This document shows, in pieces, positions 26,176-37,454 of a DNA stretch of 51,741 bases. The translations under genes and the position numbers were made by a program. The notes beneath the pieces were generated by a model that had not been told where the DNA came from, did no database searches, and saw only the letters and a program-made list of their open reading frames with translations. Source of the stretch: Octopus bimaculoides (taxonomy: Eukaryota); the NCBI RefSeq assembly GCF_001194135.2, contig NC_068981.1:278363-330103 (forward strand), given 5' to 3'. Position 1 is the first letter of the stretch. Every line of letters begins with the position of its first letter.

Positions 26176-26982
26176 TATAAAGAAAGTGAAGTCTATGCAT
26201 TGAAGAATTTGTTTTCCTTATCATGTATGTATGTACATGTGTATGTATGTAAGCATGTATGTATGCATATAACAGAAATAATAATAAGGAATTGATTGAA
26301 AGAATTTTATAAAAAAATACACAGATAAAGTGAGAGAAAACAGAAGATCGCATCTGCAAATTACTGGAGGCTCATGTGGCAGAAGTTCAAACAACATTAA
26401 CGCAGTGCATCCACATGTCAAAGGGCAAGAAAAAGGGGAAAAAATGATGAGAAAAATGGAAGAAAAGAAGAGGTAAGAACATTGAGGAAGATTGTAAAAG
26501 CTGGCGAATAACTGAGTTACAACAGATCCAGTGAAATTGTATCAGTGACTTTTGACTTATTAAGAAATAAATGAGGAATATGAAGCGTTCTCGATGCAAT
26601 AGGTTTGACTATTTAACACATGAGTTGCATACCATGCGAAGTGTATATGTATACATATACACACACACACATATATATATATGGGTTGTGTTAAAATAAT
26701 ATTTCTTCAAAGTATGTTTCGGAACAAAAACGGATTACGAATAGCATTTATTGGTGACGGGACTCTATACAGGGAAAAGAGTAAAAGGTGTCGACTGGTT
26801 GATTCAGCTGATAGGCGAAACTAAGAGTCTCAGTCAACTTGATCTTACCAATGCACGCGCGCACAGACACACATACACATTAATGTTTACTTTTATGTTA
26901 TAAATACACAATTTTACATTAAATTGAAGGCTTACACAATATATTTTGTAGAGTACGAATTTATCATTCTTTACCATGGGTA

Positions 26983-27075
<93 letters not shown>

Positions 27076-27089
27076 GTATATTGGGAAAT

Positions 27090-27740
27090 TCACAAAAAAA
27101 AAACAACAGACGAAGACAGGTGGTGTAGAAAACAAATAGATGTATTAGTATAACGCTCGAGAAGTGAAAAAGTCTTTAACGTTTCGAGCCTACGCTCTTC
27201 CACAGAAAGAAACAAGGAGAGAAACAAGCAGAGAAAGAAAATGTGTGTAGTGGTTAGCGATCTATCATGGTCGCACCACTTGATCCTGTCTCCTCTCATC
27301 ACCCACGAACTTCTCCACTGGTATTTCTACCTTTCGACACTCTTTTGCACTTTCTTATGGACTTTCTACACTCCGGCTGCACCTCTCCCGCCTATGGATT
27401 ACCCTGGACCTATCTGTCATATAGGGAATGTCACGTCATTGTTTGGAATCTTGCGATTGTGTGCGCACCTTATAAAGTGTTCCTTTCGGAAAGAGTTTTG
27501 TTATCAGTAATTCTTTCCCGCACCTGACAGCAGTTGTGCGCTTTTCTTTATTTCTTGGGCTGAGAATTAGACGTTTGTGCTTGTAGTAGTTCTAAGGGTG
27601 CTAAATGGTTTCTTCCTGGCAGCGGAACCAGTCGTCTGGAAGTGTGGATCCATCCTTTTTTATGGTAGACAGGGTATTAGAGAATTCTTCTTCTTCTTGA
27701 GCTGGATATGTGTACCTGTGTGTCTACTCTTTAGCGATTT
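27090..27740 (-). mobile_element. Probable Penelope-like element remnant or non-autonomous derivative carrying a hammerhead motif near its 3' end
   Basis: A more GC-balanced ~650-bp segment containing the hammerhead-like fold at 27173-27210. No intact RT or GIY-YIG ORF was seen. Confidence 0.5.
27173..27210 (-). ncRNA. Minimal type-I hammerhead ribozyme-like motif (A6U core variant)
   Basis: Revcomp UCUUU-CUGUGGA-A-GAGC(GUAG)GCUC-GAA-ACGU-U-AAAGA: perfect 5-bp stem I, 4-bp stem II, palindromic ACGU stem III. Confidence 0.65.
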
Positions 27741-27823
27741 AACTGGCCACCACCTCTCCTACCTCCTCCTCTGAGTCTTTTTGTTTATCTGCCTCTCTGT
27801 CTGCCTGTCTGTCTCCCCTCCCC

Positions 27824-27889
<66 letters not shown>

Positions 27890-27963
27890 GTATGTATATA
27901 TATGCACGCAAGTGTTCTGTATGTCCTACTTAACGTAGATGTACTAGAGAAAACCACACAACT

Positions 27964-28053
27964 GCAGAATTCGAACTCAGAACGTAAAGGCAGATGAAAT
28001 GCCGCTACGCGTTTCGTCCGGCGTGCTAATGATTCTGCCAGCTCGCCACCTTA
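27964..28053 (-). mobile_element. SINE family B head
   Basis: ttcgaactcagaacgtaa...cggcgtgctaatgattctgccagctcgccacctta. Confidence 0.8.
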
Positions 28054-29475
28054 TGTATTGTGTAATAATATTATAACGGTGAGTTACCACTTTTATAACG
28101 GGCTGAGATTATCTTATTTATATGGTGATTATACTCCCGAATAGATTTTTCTAAGTCCACGTTTGTCACCAATTTATGACGTTGTGTTGGATTATCTGGT
28201 TTAAAATGTTTTTGATTTGGAAAAGATAATAAATATATATCTTTTTTTTTTTTGTGTAGAAATCTATGGTGATAAACCCGTCACTTATAACTTGATTATA
28301 AGTATCATCACTATACATGAATCTTAACTCAGGCTGCGTAAACGCCGTGATGAATTATACAATAAGGACGCTGGGACGTACATGTATGTTGAAGATAAAT
28401 AAGCTCGCTCTTTTTCACCGCAATAATAACAGTTTCATGGTTACAGAAATAAATCTCATTAGCAAGTTGAAGAAAATGAAGAAAGAGAAAGTATTTACTA
28501 AATTAGTTTATTTACGTGCATTTAATATTTACAGTACATTTAGAAGTCAAGAAAATTGTCGTAGAGGATTATGACATAAAATTTATATTACTAATTCTTC
28601 CTTACTAAGCTACTAGAGTTTTACACAACAATTCAAAATAGTCTTGTTGAATTAAGTAATAGATATGGCACAATAATAGCCAATATCTCAAGAGAATGAG
28701 TGTCGTGGAAATGAGTGACAACCAACGAACACTGATTAATTTTTTCAAAAGTCAAGGTTTTTATAACTGCTCATACCTGATTTCCAAGAACCGTATTTCG
28801 TGAAAGATTTCTCCTTGACAAAAGTTTAGAATTCAAATAGAAGCAGTATTTTTAACCAATGGGAAACTAACAATTATACCTATTCGGGCAACATGACCAT
28901 TACGTCATATTACTGCCGATAAAAGTTTATCATTATGACTTGCGCCGCTACAATATAATATAGTGTGTGTGTGTTTGTGTATTTGTGAGTGTGTGTGCCA
29001 GGAACAGGTTAATAGTCACTTCTTTAATAATTTTTAGATTTTAGAATATACACTAACTGGTTTACGGAGATTAACAATTTGATATTTTCTATCCAAATCA
29101 GCGTGATCTTTGCTTTTCTTTGAAACCATATCTAACATTAAAGAAAAATAAACAAAGCTACATAACAACAAAGTCTAATCTAACTAGCCGACTTTTAATT
29201 AGAACTATTTATACAAAATCTAAGCTTTAAACATTAACAAAACCTTCTGGTGCTTCTTCATTTGAAGAAACCTCTTGACATTTGGAATACGTTTCACGAA
29301 CGTTTTACAATAAATAACAAAATTTTTAAAAATCGAAAAACTTATCCATTTTCTGTATGTATAGTAAGAATACATTCTGTTTTGCACGAGATATTTACCC
29401 TCTAGCATAAAAGTTTGATAATCTGGAAATTTCTAGAGATACAGTTTTCTTTATAAAACTTTATATGCAATTTTG

Positions 29476-29843
29476 TAAAATGATGGCATGTTGTCAACTT
29501 AATGTGACAGTCCCATGAAAGGGAATAATACTACTGCTATTTAACTCTAGGAAGCACCACTTCCTGTCGGCCTTGACACATTTCCTGTGTCCTTATGTTT
29601 ACAAAGGGGGAGATAAGCACCTCCACCTAGCAAAGCCAGACTGATGACGAGCAATGACTCAGAAACTAGTGTCTAGATGCTGGCTTTGCTGGGTGGAGGT
29701 GCTTATCTCCCTCTTTGTAAACATAAGGACACAGGGAATGTGTCAAAAACGACAGGAAGCGGTGCTTCCTAGGGCTAAATAGCAGTAGTATCATTCTCTT
29801 TTATGGGACTATCACATTAAATTGACAACATACCACTACTTTA
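29476..29843. mobile_element. Palindromic (foldback) repeat with ~160-bp arms and a hammerhead-like core in the spacer
   Basis: The left arm ~29476-29639 is the reverse complement of the right arm ~29680-29843, mostly with transition mismatches (e.g. tgtccttatgtttacaaag / ctttgtaaacataaggaca). Confidence 0.85.
29636..29676 (+). ncRNA. Hammerhead-like motif in the palindrome spacer
   Basis: CCAGA-CUGAUGA-C-GAG(CAAUGA)CUC-A-GAA-ACUAGU-G-UCUAG: canonical CUGAUGA, GAAA and palindromic ACUAGU. Non-canonical G at the cleavage position and a C.A pair closing stem II. Confidence 0.45.
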
Positions 29844-30163
29844 TCGTGTTACTACTGTATAAATCTCTCCAAGAGATTTAGAAGTGTATTATTTCAACTT
29901 TGTAAAACACGTTTTTCCCTTAAAAATACTATTAAGAGCGAGTAACGGAAGTATTACAGCATCTGGAGTAAATATCCTATGCAGAATGTGCAATACCTTC
30001 TTATATTTCAACGTTACGAATTTATAAAACATCATGCTGGACTTTATTTTCTTTGTCTAGGGAACACACTGTCTTCCGGCCTGTCCGTCTGTCTGTCGGT
30101 CGGTCAGTCTCTCTCTCTCTCTCTTTCTTTCCCCCTCTTTCTCTCATGCACATGAATGCGCTC

Positions 30164-30209
<46 letters not shown>

Positions 30210-30214
<5 letters not shown>

Positions 30215-30420
30215 GTCTGATCAATAAGTATCCGGACTGTTGGCATTATAACGAAGCTAAAGCACGCAGAGTAAAGATGCTTGGCATAATCTGACCTTGA
30301 ATTCTGCTATGCATGCGCACAAAGTTTTAATGTGCTAGCTCACTTCCGCTGTTTGCAGCAGTGTTTAGAAGGAAGGTGTGTAGCGTGTGATCGTTGTATT
30401 GATCATGACAGGAGAAAATA
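30210..30420 (+). mobile_element. Terminal fragment of a mariner-like element inserted in (TA)n
   Basis: aaggtctgatcaataagtatccggactg directly after a TA run resembles mariner TIRs (GGGxTGxTCAATAAGTATCCGGACT, from memory). No transposase remains. Confidence 0.5.
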
Positions 30421-30521
30421 ATTTATAAAAAAGAAAAAAAAGCCAGAAATAGAAAACAAAATATGAGGACAAGTTTTAAAAACAGTTTTATTGGGATCAC
30501 GCTTAAAAAGAAGAGAAAGTC

Positions 30522-30557
30522 ATTGACGTTTCGCACGCTAGACATTCATCAACAAAG
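30522..30557 (-). ncRNA. Degenerate hammerhead-like motif
   Basis: Revcomp uuug-UUGAUGA-augucuagcgugc-GAAACGUC-aaug, followed ~30 nt later by AATAAA on the same strand. The stems are poor. Confidence 0.3.
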
Positions 30558-30889
30558 TAGGAAGATTAGATGGAATGGGAAAACGAATAGGAGAAAAGTG
30601 GTGGGACAGAAAGAAAATGTTTAGGGTCCATGTTGGAATGTGGTTCTATGGGGCTGAATAATTTGTATAAACTCACTTTGTTAGTGTTATCATTCAACTG
30701 AAGAAGTTCGGCTGCTGATTGTTCTGGTCCCTGATAACCAATCGTATCATCGGTAAAGTGAGACTAGCACGACAACCAATGACTATCCAGATGCCAACAA
30801 CCATCTGCATAATTAAGGGAGTCGCTATTATCAGGAAGGACATCAACGTTAACCTATATTATCGTAATTACCCCCCGCACTATCTCTAG

Positions 30890-31385
30890 CATCACCATAT
30901 CTATCACCACCACCTTCATCACCATCATCATCATCATCCTCGCCATAACCAGAAGTACCACCACCTCTACCTCTAACACCACTAGCAACAACATCATCAC
31001 CATCATCACCACCATCACCACAGCCAGAAGCGCCATCACCTGTTGATCTCTTTACTAGAACTACCGTCACCACCACCACCACCACCACCACCACCACCAC
31101 GACCATGTCCATCATAACTATCACTCCCACCACCATCATCATCATCACCACTACTACCAGCATCACCACCTCTATCACCGTTATTACTGCTATCATATTC
31201 ACTACAAACAAAATCACCACCGCCGTCGACATTAACACCACCACCAACACCACAACCAACACCTGTTGATACCATCTCGCCAACACCTCAAGCAGCAGCA
31301 CTCATTGATAAAATCTTCATCATTACCAACACCATCATCACTATCACAACATCAAGCACCACAACTCACTGATACCATCTCCATT

Positions 31386-31390
<5 letters not shown>
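30890..31390. repeat. (CAC/CAT/CAA) low-complexity trinucleotide tract
   Basis: Direct reading; no coherent ORF, start or splice context. Confidence 0.8.
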
Positions 31391-31429
<39 letters not shown>

Positions 31430-31537
31430 TGTTATTCCATGACGTAGGCTAAAAATGACGATTAAGATACTTAAAATAGATTTAAATAATATATTAAATT
31501 TGTTGCAAATAATAATAATAATCATAATAATAATAAT

Positions 31538-31753
31538 AATCCTTTCTGCTATGGGTACAAGGCCTGAAATTTTGGAGGAGGGGGCCAGTCGATCAGATTG
31601 ATCCACAGTACGCAACTGGTACTTAATTTATCGTCCTCGAAAGGATGAAAGGCAAAGTCGACCTCAACGGAATTTGAACTCAGAACATGAAGACGGAAGA
31701 AATGTCGCTAAGCATTTCACCCGGTGTGCTAACGATTCTGCCAAATCGCCGCC

Positions 31754-31757
<4 letters not shown>
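31538..31757 (-). mobile_element. SINE family B
   Basis: ctttctgctatgggtacaaggcctgaaatt...aaggatgaaaggcaaagtcgacctc...gctaacgattctgccaaatcgccgcctt. Confidence 0.9.
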
Positions 31758-31836
<79 letters not shown>

Positions 31837-31838
<2 letters not shown>

Positions 31839-32145
31839 CAGCGAAACAGGCTGATTACTACCTAGCTCAAATCCCAGGAAACCCCAAAATAGCTGAAGTT
31901 CAAAAGATAGTGCTCATGGGAACTGCCCATATCCTACGTAAAATACTGTCTATGAGATCTCAAATTTTAAAACAAACACATAATTTTCTTATGGTTTCTT
32001 AAACATTCACTAGAACAAAACTGTACAAATCCAAATATATGGTACCCTAGGCATAACACCTACATGAACTTCTAACTTGTTGTCTCTTGAGGTCTCTGGG
32101 TGAGACTTGGATCCAACTTGTACAAATGCAAAACAAAAGTCAAAC

Positions 32146-32150
<5 letters not shown>
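31837..32150 (+). mobile_element. 3' end of an R4/Dong-clade retrotransposon between (AAT)n tracts
   Basis: Translates ADYYLAQIPGNPKIAEVQKIVLMGTAHILRKILSM (typical R4/Dong C-terminus), then a 3' UTR; (AAT)n lies on both sides. Confidence 0.8.
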
Positions 32151-32179
<29 letters not shown>

Positions 32180-32190
<11 letters not shown>

Positions 32191-32738
32191 TGATGCAGTA
32201 CCAGGCACTGGTTTTCATGTCTTCTGATCTTAACTGATTGGAAGTGTTATCACGTACATTGTTTTGTCTTGGTGTAAAAAGATGGGCTACAGCAAATATT
32301 CTGCTCAATACCACAGATTTGCTTGTCAGTTGTTTGACCTTAACCAGTTGAGCATTTCTTTGGTGGCTGACGATATGTGCATCTCTGATCACGAGCAGAA
32401 GTAGTGGGGGAGCATCATAGCCAGGTGTCAAGAGGAATTCTTTGGAGTTTGGATAATTCACCTCTGGAAACATTGCTGTTTAGTTCAACCTTAAACAACC
32501 CTTATTCAGGGACCGTTTGAGAGGGATTGGTTACTCAACCTGAAGAAAATTCTAACTGGGCCGCACACGTAAGATCATGTGCTGTTTACCTTTATATGAA
32601 ATCAACATGTCATGCACATATGGCTGTGATGCATGTTCCTGGTGTACCCTTATCAGGCGGGTAGTCACCATGGGTATATTGGGCTTCGTATATTTGTACC
32701 CAAGTGTCACTTTGATGGCATGCACTGCTCTCTCACTC
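32180..32738 (+). mobile_element. Non-coding ~560-bp repeat element flanked by (AAT)n on both sides (non-autonomous; strand inferred from the AAT tail)
   Basis: Discrete block ctgatgcagtaccaggc...catgcactgctctctcactc between AAT tracts; no meaningful ORF. Confidence 0.6.
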
Positions 32739-32769
32739 AATAATAATAATAATAATAATGATGATGATA

Positions 32770-33690
32770 ATGCAGAAAGATTTATCAGCAATGGACTTTA
32801 GAGTGCTAATGGATTCCGATCGTGAATAGCCGACGAGAGAGAAGAAACCCTACACCGCATGGAATTACATGGTCAGTTCCACTGTGAAACCAACAAATTA
32901 AAAGACCAGGAAGCATCATGGAGGTGGCTTAACAAGGGTGACCTAAAACGAATAGTGAAAGCCTAATCATCGCTGCCCAGGACCAGGCATTGGATACCAA
33001 CTCAGTGAAAAGGACGATATATATTATACAAGTGCATCAGATCTCTGCAGAATGTGTTCGAAGAAGGTCGAAAGCGTGACTCATATTGTTACTACTTGTG
33101 AAAGTCTTGAGCAGAAAGAGTACAAGCGCAGACACGACAAGGTAGCCCAAAACCTCCACTGGCTACTATGCCGTAAGTATGGAGATGAGGTTACGGGTGC
33201 TTGGTACCAACGTACACCGGAAAAGGTAATGGACGAAAAGGAGAAGGCAATGATCCTTGGGACTTTGACGTCCAGACAGACAAGGTATTAAAGCACCGGA
33301 GGCCGGATATAGTAACCTTTAGGAAGGACAAACAAGAGTGCCTAATAATTGACGTGATAGTGTCGGGAAGTCAACATATCGTCATGAAAGAAAGAGAAAA
33401 GGTTGATAAAAAGTGAGATCGCCAAGATGTGGCAGCTACGAGAGTCAAACATAAAGGTTGTCCCTGTTGACATCGGAGCATTGGGTTCAATACCACCCAA
33501 CCTGAAAAAAGCATCTGGAAAGTTTAGAAATATCCTACAATCTTGGTGTATTGTAAAAATCGGTTTTACTTGGAACTGCACGCATACTACATAAAGTAAT
33601 GTGTGTCTAAGGTCCTTGTTGTGACTTTACAGACAGTAGCCACAATATCTTCAAACTACATTACGATATTGGATACAGTGCGACGTCTTC
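32770..33690 (+). mobile_element. 5'-truncated R4/Dong-clade retrotransposon (RLE), second subfamily
   Basis: ELHGQF, SWRWLNKGDLK, LIIAAQDQAL, CRMCSKKVESVTHIVTTC, YKRRHDKVAQNLHW, WDFDVQTDKVLKHRRPDIVTF...CLIIDV, VVPVDIGALG; flanked by (AAT)n/(ATG)n. Confidence 0.9.
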
Positions 33691-33691
33691 G

Positions 33692-33722
<31 letters not shown>

Positions 33723-33944
33723 TGATGATGTTCATAATGATGTTGATGATAATAATTCATCTGTATGATTGTAGCAATAATTAATGTCTGTTAATAAAAT
33801 GTAATGAATGGTTGTAATTAGTTCTCGTCGAATACATTAAAATTTATCGTTTTGGTTGAAAAGTTGCCAAAATATTTATTCAACAACAGTTGCTTTTTCT
33901 AGTGAAATATCTTGGTTAGCATATGTAGTCTGCTGTGTCAGGTG

Positions 33945-34128
33945 CAGCAGTTCTCAACCGCGGCTCCTAGCGCCGCATGCGCCCCTCAACCATCCTCCCA
34001 CCGTCCCTCGACGTTTTTTTCTTTATAAATATGATATAATAAATTTTTCTTCAATTTACTTTTGTGATGCGATCCCCTAAAAAAAAAAAAATTCAGGTTT
34101 TGAATATTAAAAGGTTTGAGAATTACTG
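33945..34128. mobile_element. hAT (Charlie-like) MITE
   Basis: Imperfect TIRs CAGCAGTTCTCAACC and GGTTTGAGAATTACTG; the 8-bp TSD is not preserved. Confidence 0.55.
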
Positions 34129-34533
34129 CTCTGGCAAATCAGATTATATTTCGAAGTAAGTACGTTAAATCGTGTTGTTTTGTCTCTGTCCAAGGAAGCA
34201 ACGTTCTGTTAGGAATATCTGTTAAGATTCTATTTATAGTCATGGTCAAAGAGTTATCTAGAGGGATTTATTTTACATATTTTAATTAGTTTGTATCGTA
34301 ATTTATGAACAAAGGTGTTGAGGGTTACAAGTTTTCAGTGGGCCAACCTGTAGCTCAGTTTATTTGTGAAAGCGAGAGCGACAAAGAAGTGCTTGTAACA
34401 CGGTGCAGAGAAATCGCTCGATTTTGAAGCTAATGGTTACATCCTGACGTTAAACCAGACGTTAAAGCTACTCACCTGACAAGAAATGCACGAGGTTCTA
34501 CACATTTTAAATTCGCTATTTGATCTGTAATAT

Positions 34534-34750
34534 AAGGCGGCGAGCTAGCAGAATCGTTTGCGCGCTGGACAAAATGCTTAGCAATATTTCGCCCGTTGCT
34601 ACATTCTGAGTTCAAATTCCGCCGAGGTCGACTTTGCCTTTTATCCTTTCGGAGTCAATAAATTAAGTTCCAGTGAAACACTGGGGGTCGATGTAATCGA
34701 CTGGTCCCCTTCCTCCTAATTTCAGGCCTTGTGCCCTTAGCAGAAAGGTT
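34534..34750 (+). mobile_element. SINE family B
   Basis: taaggcggcgagctagcagaatcg...gaggtcgactttgcc...caggccttgtgcccttagcagaaagg. Confidence 0.9.
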
Positions 34751-35211
34751 ATTTGATTTCTAATAGCAAAGTGTTGGAGCCAAACAAGAAACGTGTTTGT
34801 CATTCCTTAAGCTGCTGCCAAATCTCCTCCAAATCACATCTTGCATTCTTGAGAACAAAAAAGAAAAAACAAAACAAAACAAAAAAAGACCGAAGTCACT
34901 TTGAATAATGGAGTCCTATGTACACTGTGTTTGAATAAAAGACATGATGGTCATGGTTCGAACACTTAACATTTATCAGTATCATGAAAATTGTTCGAAA
35001 ACAATTATTCGAAATAAATATCATTTGTGTACTTGATTTTTAATTTTATCATTTTTTTAAATAAAATTTTAAAAAATTTAGAATAATTAACATTTCGTAT
35101 AATTGTCCTTTTGAATAAATTTCATTCATACAATTTTCCATTCGAATAAATACTTTTCGAAGAATTGTTTCCGAATAATTATTTTCGAACAAAGCTCACG
35201 TAATCCATTTA

Positions 35212-35617
35212 TCTTTTGTCAGTCATTAGACTGTGGCCATGCTGGGGCACCACATTAAAGAATTTTTAGCCGAATGAATCGGCTCCGATACTTAGTTTTT
35301 TTTTTAAAGCCTGGTATTTATTATATCGGTTCCTTTGGTCGATCCTCTAAGTTACGAGGACGTAAGCACACAAACACCGGTTACCAAGTGGTGGTGGTGG
35401 AAACAAACACAAACCCAAGGACACAACACGCTCACAAAGAAGTCCGTCATATGTGTGTGTGTATAGGTGTGGTTGTGTGTTAAGAAGCTTGCATCCCAAC
35501 CACATGGTTCCGGGTTCAGTCCCACTGCATCGCATCTTGGGTAAGTATCTTCTATAACCTCGGACCGACCAAAGCCTTGAGAGTGGATTTGGTACATGGA
35601 AACTGGAAGAAGCTTGT

Positions 35618-35664
<47 letters not shown>

Positions 35665-35980
35665 NNNNNNNNNNNNNNNNNNNNNNNNNNNNNNNNNNNN
35701 NNNNNNNNNNNNNNNNNNNNNNNNNNNNNNNNNNNNNNNNNNNNNNNNNNNNNNNNNNNNNNNNNNNNNNNNNNNNNNNNNNNNNNNNNNNNNNNNNNNN
35801 NNNNNNNNNNNNNNNNNNNNNNNNNNNNNNNNNNNNNNNNNNNNNNNNNNNNNNNNNNNNNNNNNNNNNNNNNNNNNNNNNNNNNNNNNNNNNNNNNNNA
35901 CACACACACACACACATACGATATACGATGGGCTTCTTTCAGTTTCCATCTACTAAATCTATTCACAATGCATCGGTCGG
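35212..35980. mobile_element. Cluster of SINE family A pieces in opposite orientations around a gap
   Basis: - strand tail 35212-35420, + strand head 35464-35612, - strand body piece 35925-35980. Confidence 0.75.
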
Positions 35981-36139
35981 CCTGAGTCAGCCTCGACTTT
36001 GAGCTATACTATTGTACAATAGCAGTTAAAGTATTTCATTGACAAACTAAGAAGAAAACGAAGAATTTACGAGGAATGACAATGTTTAGAGTTTGACATA
36101 AAATTTGGTTAATTATTGAAATGAAATTCTATACGCTTC

Positions 36140-36622
36140 AAAGGCTCTCTCTCACTCTCTCACTGTCCCTCTCTTTCTGTCCCTTCTTCTTCTCTCTCTC
36201 TCTCTGTCTTCCTTTCTCTTTCTCTGTCCCTCTCTTTCTGTCTCTCTCTTTATGTCCCTGTCTTTCTTTCTCTCTTTGTTTCTCCCTTCCTCTCTCTCCC
36301 CTCTTCTTTATCTCTGTCTTTCTTTCTCTCTTTCTCTCTCTATATATATATATATCCCTCTCTTTCTGTTCCTCTATCTCCCTTCCCTCCTCTCTCCCTC
36401 CCATCCTCTCTATCTCCCTTCATCACTCTCTCACTCTCTCCTTCTGTCTCTCTTTCTCTCTCCCTATGTCTCTCTTTCTCTCTCCCTCTGTCTCTCTTTC
36501 TCTCTCCCTCTCTCTCTCTTTCTCTCTCCCTCTCTCTCTCTCCCTCTGTCTCTCTGTCTCTCTCTCCCTCTCTCTCTCTCTATCTGTCTCTTTCTCTCTC
36601 ACTTTCTCCTGTCTGTCTGTCC

Positions 36623-36671
<49 letters not shown>

Positions 36672-36702
36672 CCTCCTCCTCCTCCTCCTCCTCCTCCTCC
36701 TT
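36140..36702. repeat. (CT)n-rich polypyrimidine tract ending in (CCT)n
   Basis: Direct reading. Confidence 0.95.
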
Positions 36703-37149
36703 TATTCAAAGTTATTCCGGAATCTACTGATGTGGAAAGTTGCCAATTGTCATTGGCTCAGAAATTACACGACGACGACAAATTTGTCAGACTGGCGGGT
36801 GATGTGTGAACGCGGCATTCACTCAATAAGCAATGACACAAGGTTGCATTAGAAATATTTTATATTGAATGACGAACTTACATTTCATGGTGGTGGTGGG
36901 GTCTCCGTCAATATGTTTAATTGGTTTAGGGTTACGAAAACTCCCACAAAATACGTGATCGTTGGCATTTATTGCAGCAACTTTATATATGAACATGTTA
37001 TTGAATTATTTGCCAGTGATACAAGGCTACCTTAGAAATATTTTAATTAAGGATAAAGTTACGTCTTATGTCTATGGCACAACTAAAAAGTCTAAATGTC
37101 GAATATGGTTAGGAAAACCTTCTAAAAATACATGATCGTTGCTATAAAT

Positions 37150-37300
37150 CAGTGGGTCTCAACCACGTTTTGTCTATGGACCAATTTGATTCCTATTTTA
37201 TTCTGGTAGATTCCATGGCAATTCGATGTTTAGAAAATAGCTTTATAGATACTTCTTTTAAAATTCTTATTTTACTTATCACATATTAACTTTTGATGAG
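37150..37300. mobile_element. Possible hAT MITE left end
   Basis: CAGTGGGTCTCAACC terminus similar to 33945 and 6427; right TIR not found. Confidence 0.35.
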
Positions 37301-37454
37301 AGAGATAGTTCAGCGAGAACATGGTTGTCGATGGAGTTGAATGAACGGTCAACTGCTGGGTTACAAATTCAGTAAGAGAAATATTGTTCAGTGTTAGAAA
37401 ATGAAATTATCAGAAGGAATTTTTGGAGGTTAACATGACACAGATTTATTTGAG

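Noticed and set aside
30849-31301. Poly-Val/Gly/Asp ORFs and poly-His/Thr frames
   Set aside because: Simple CAC/CAT repeat with no splice or start support and no domain.
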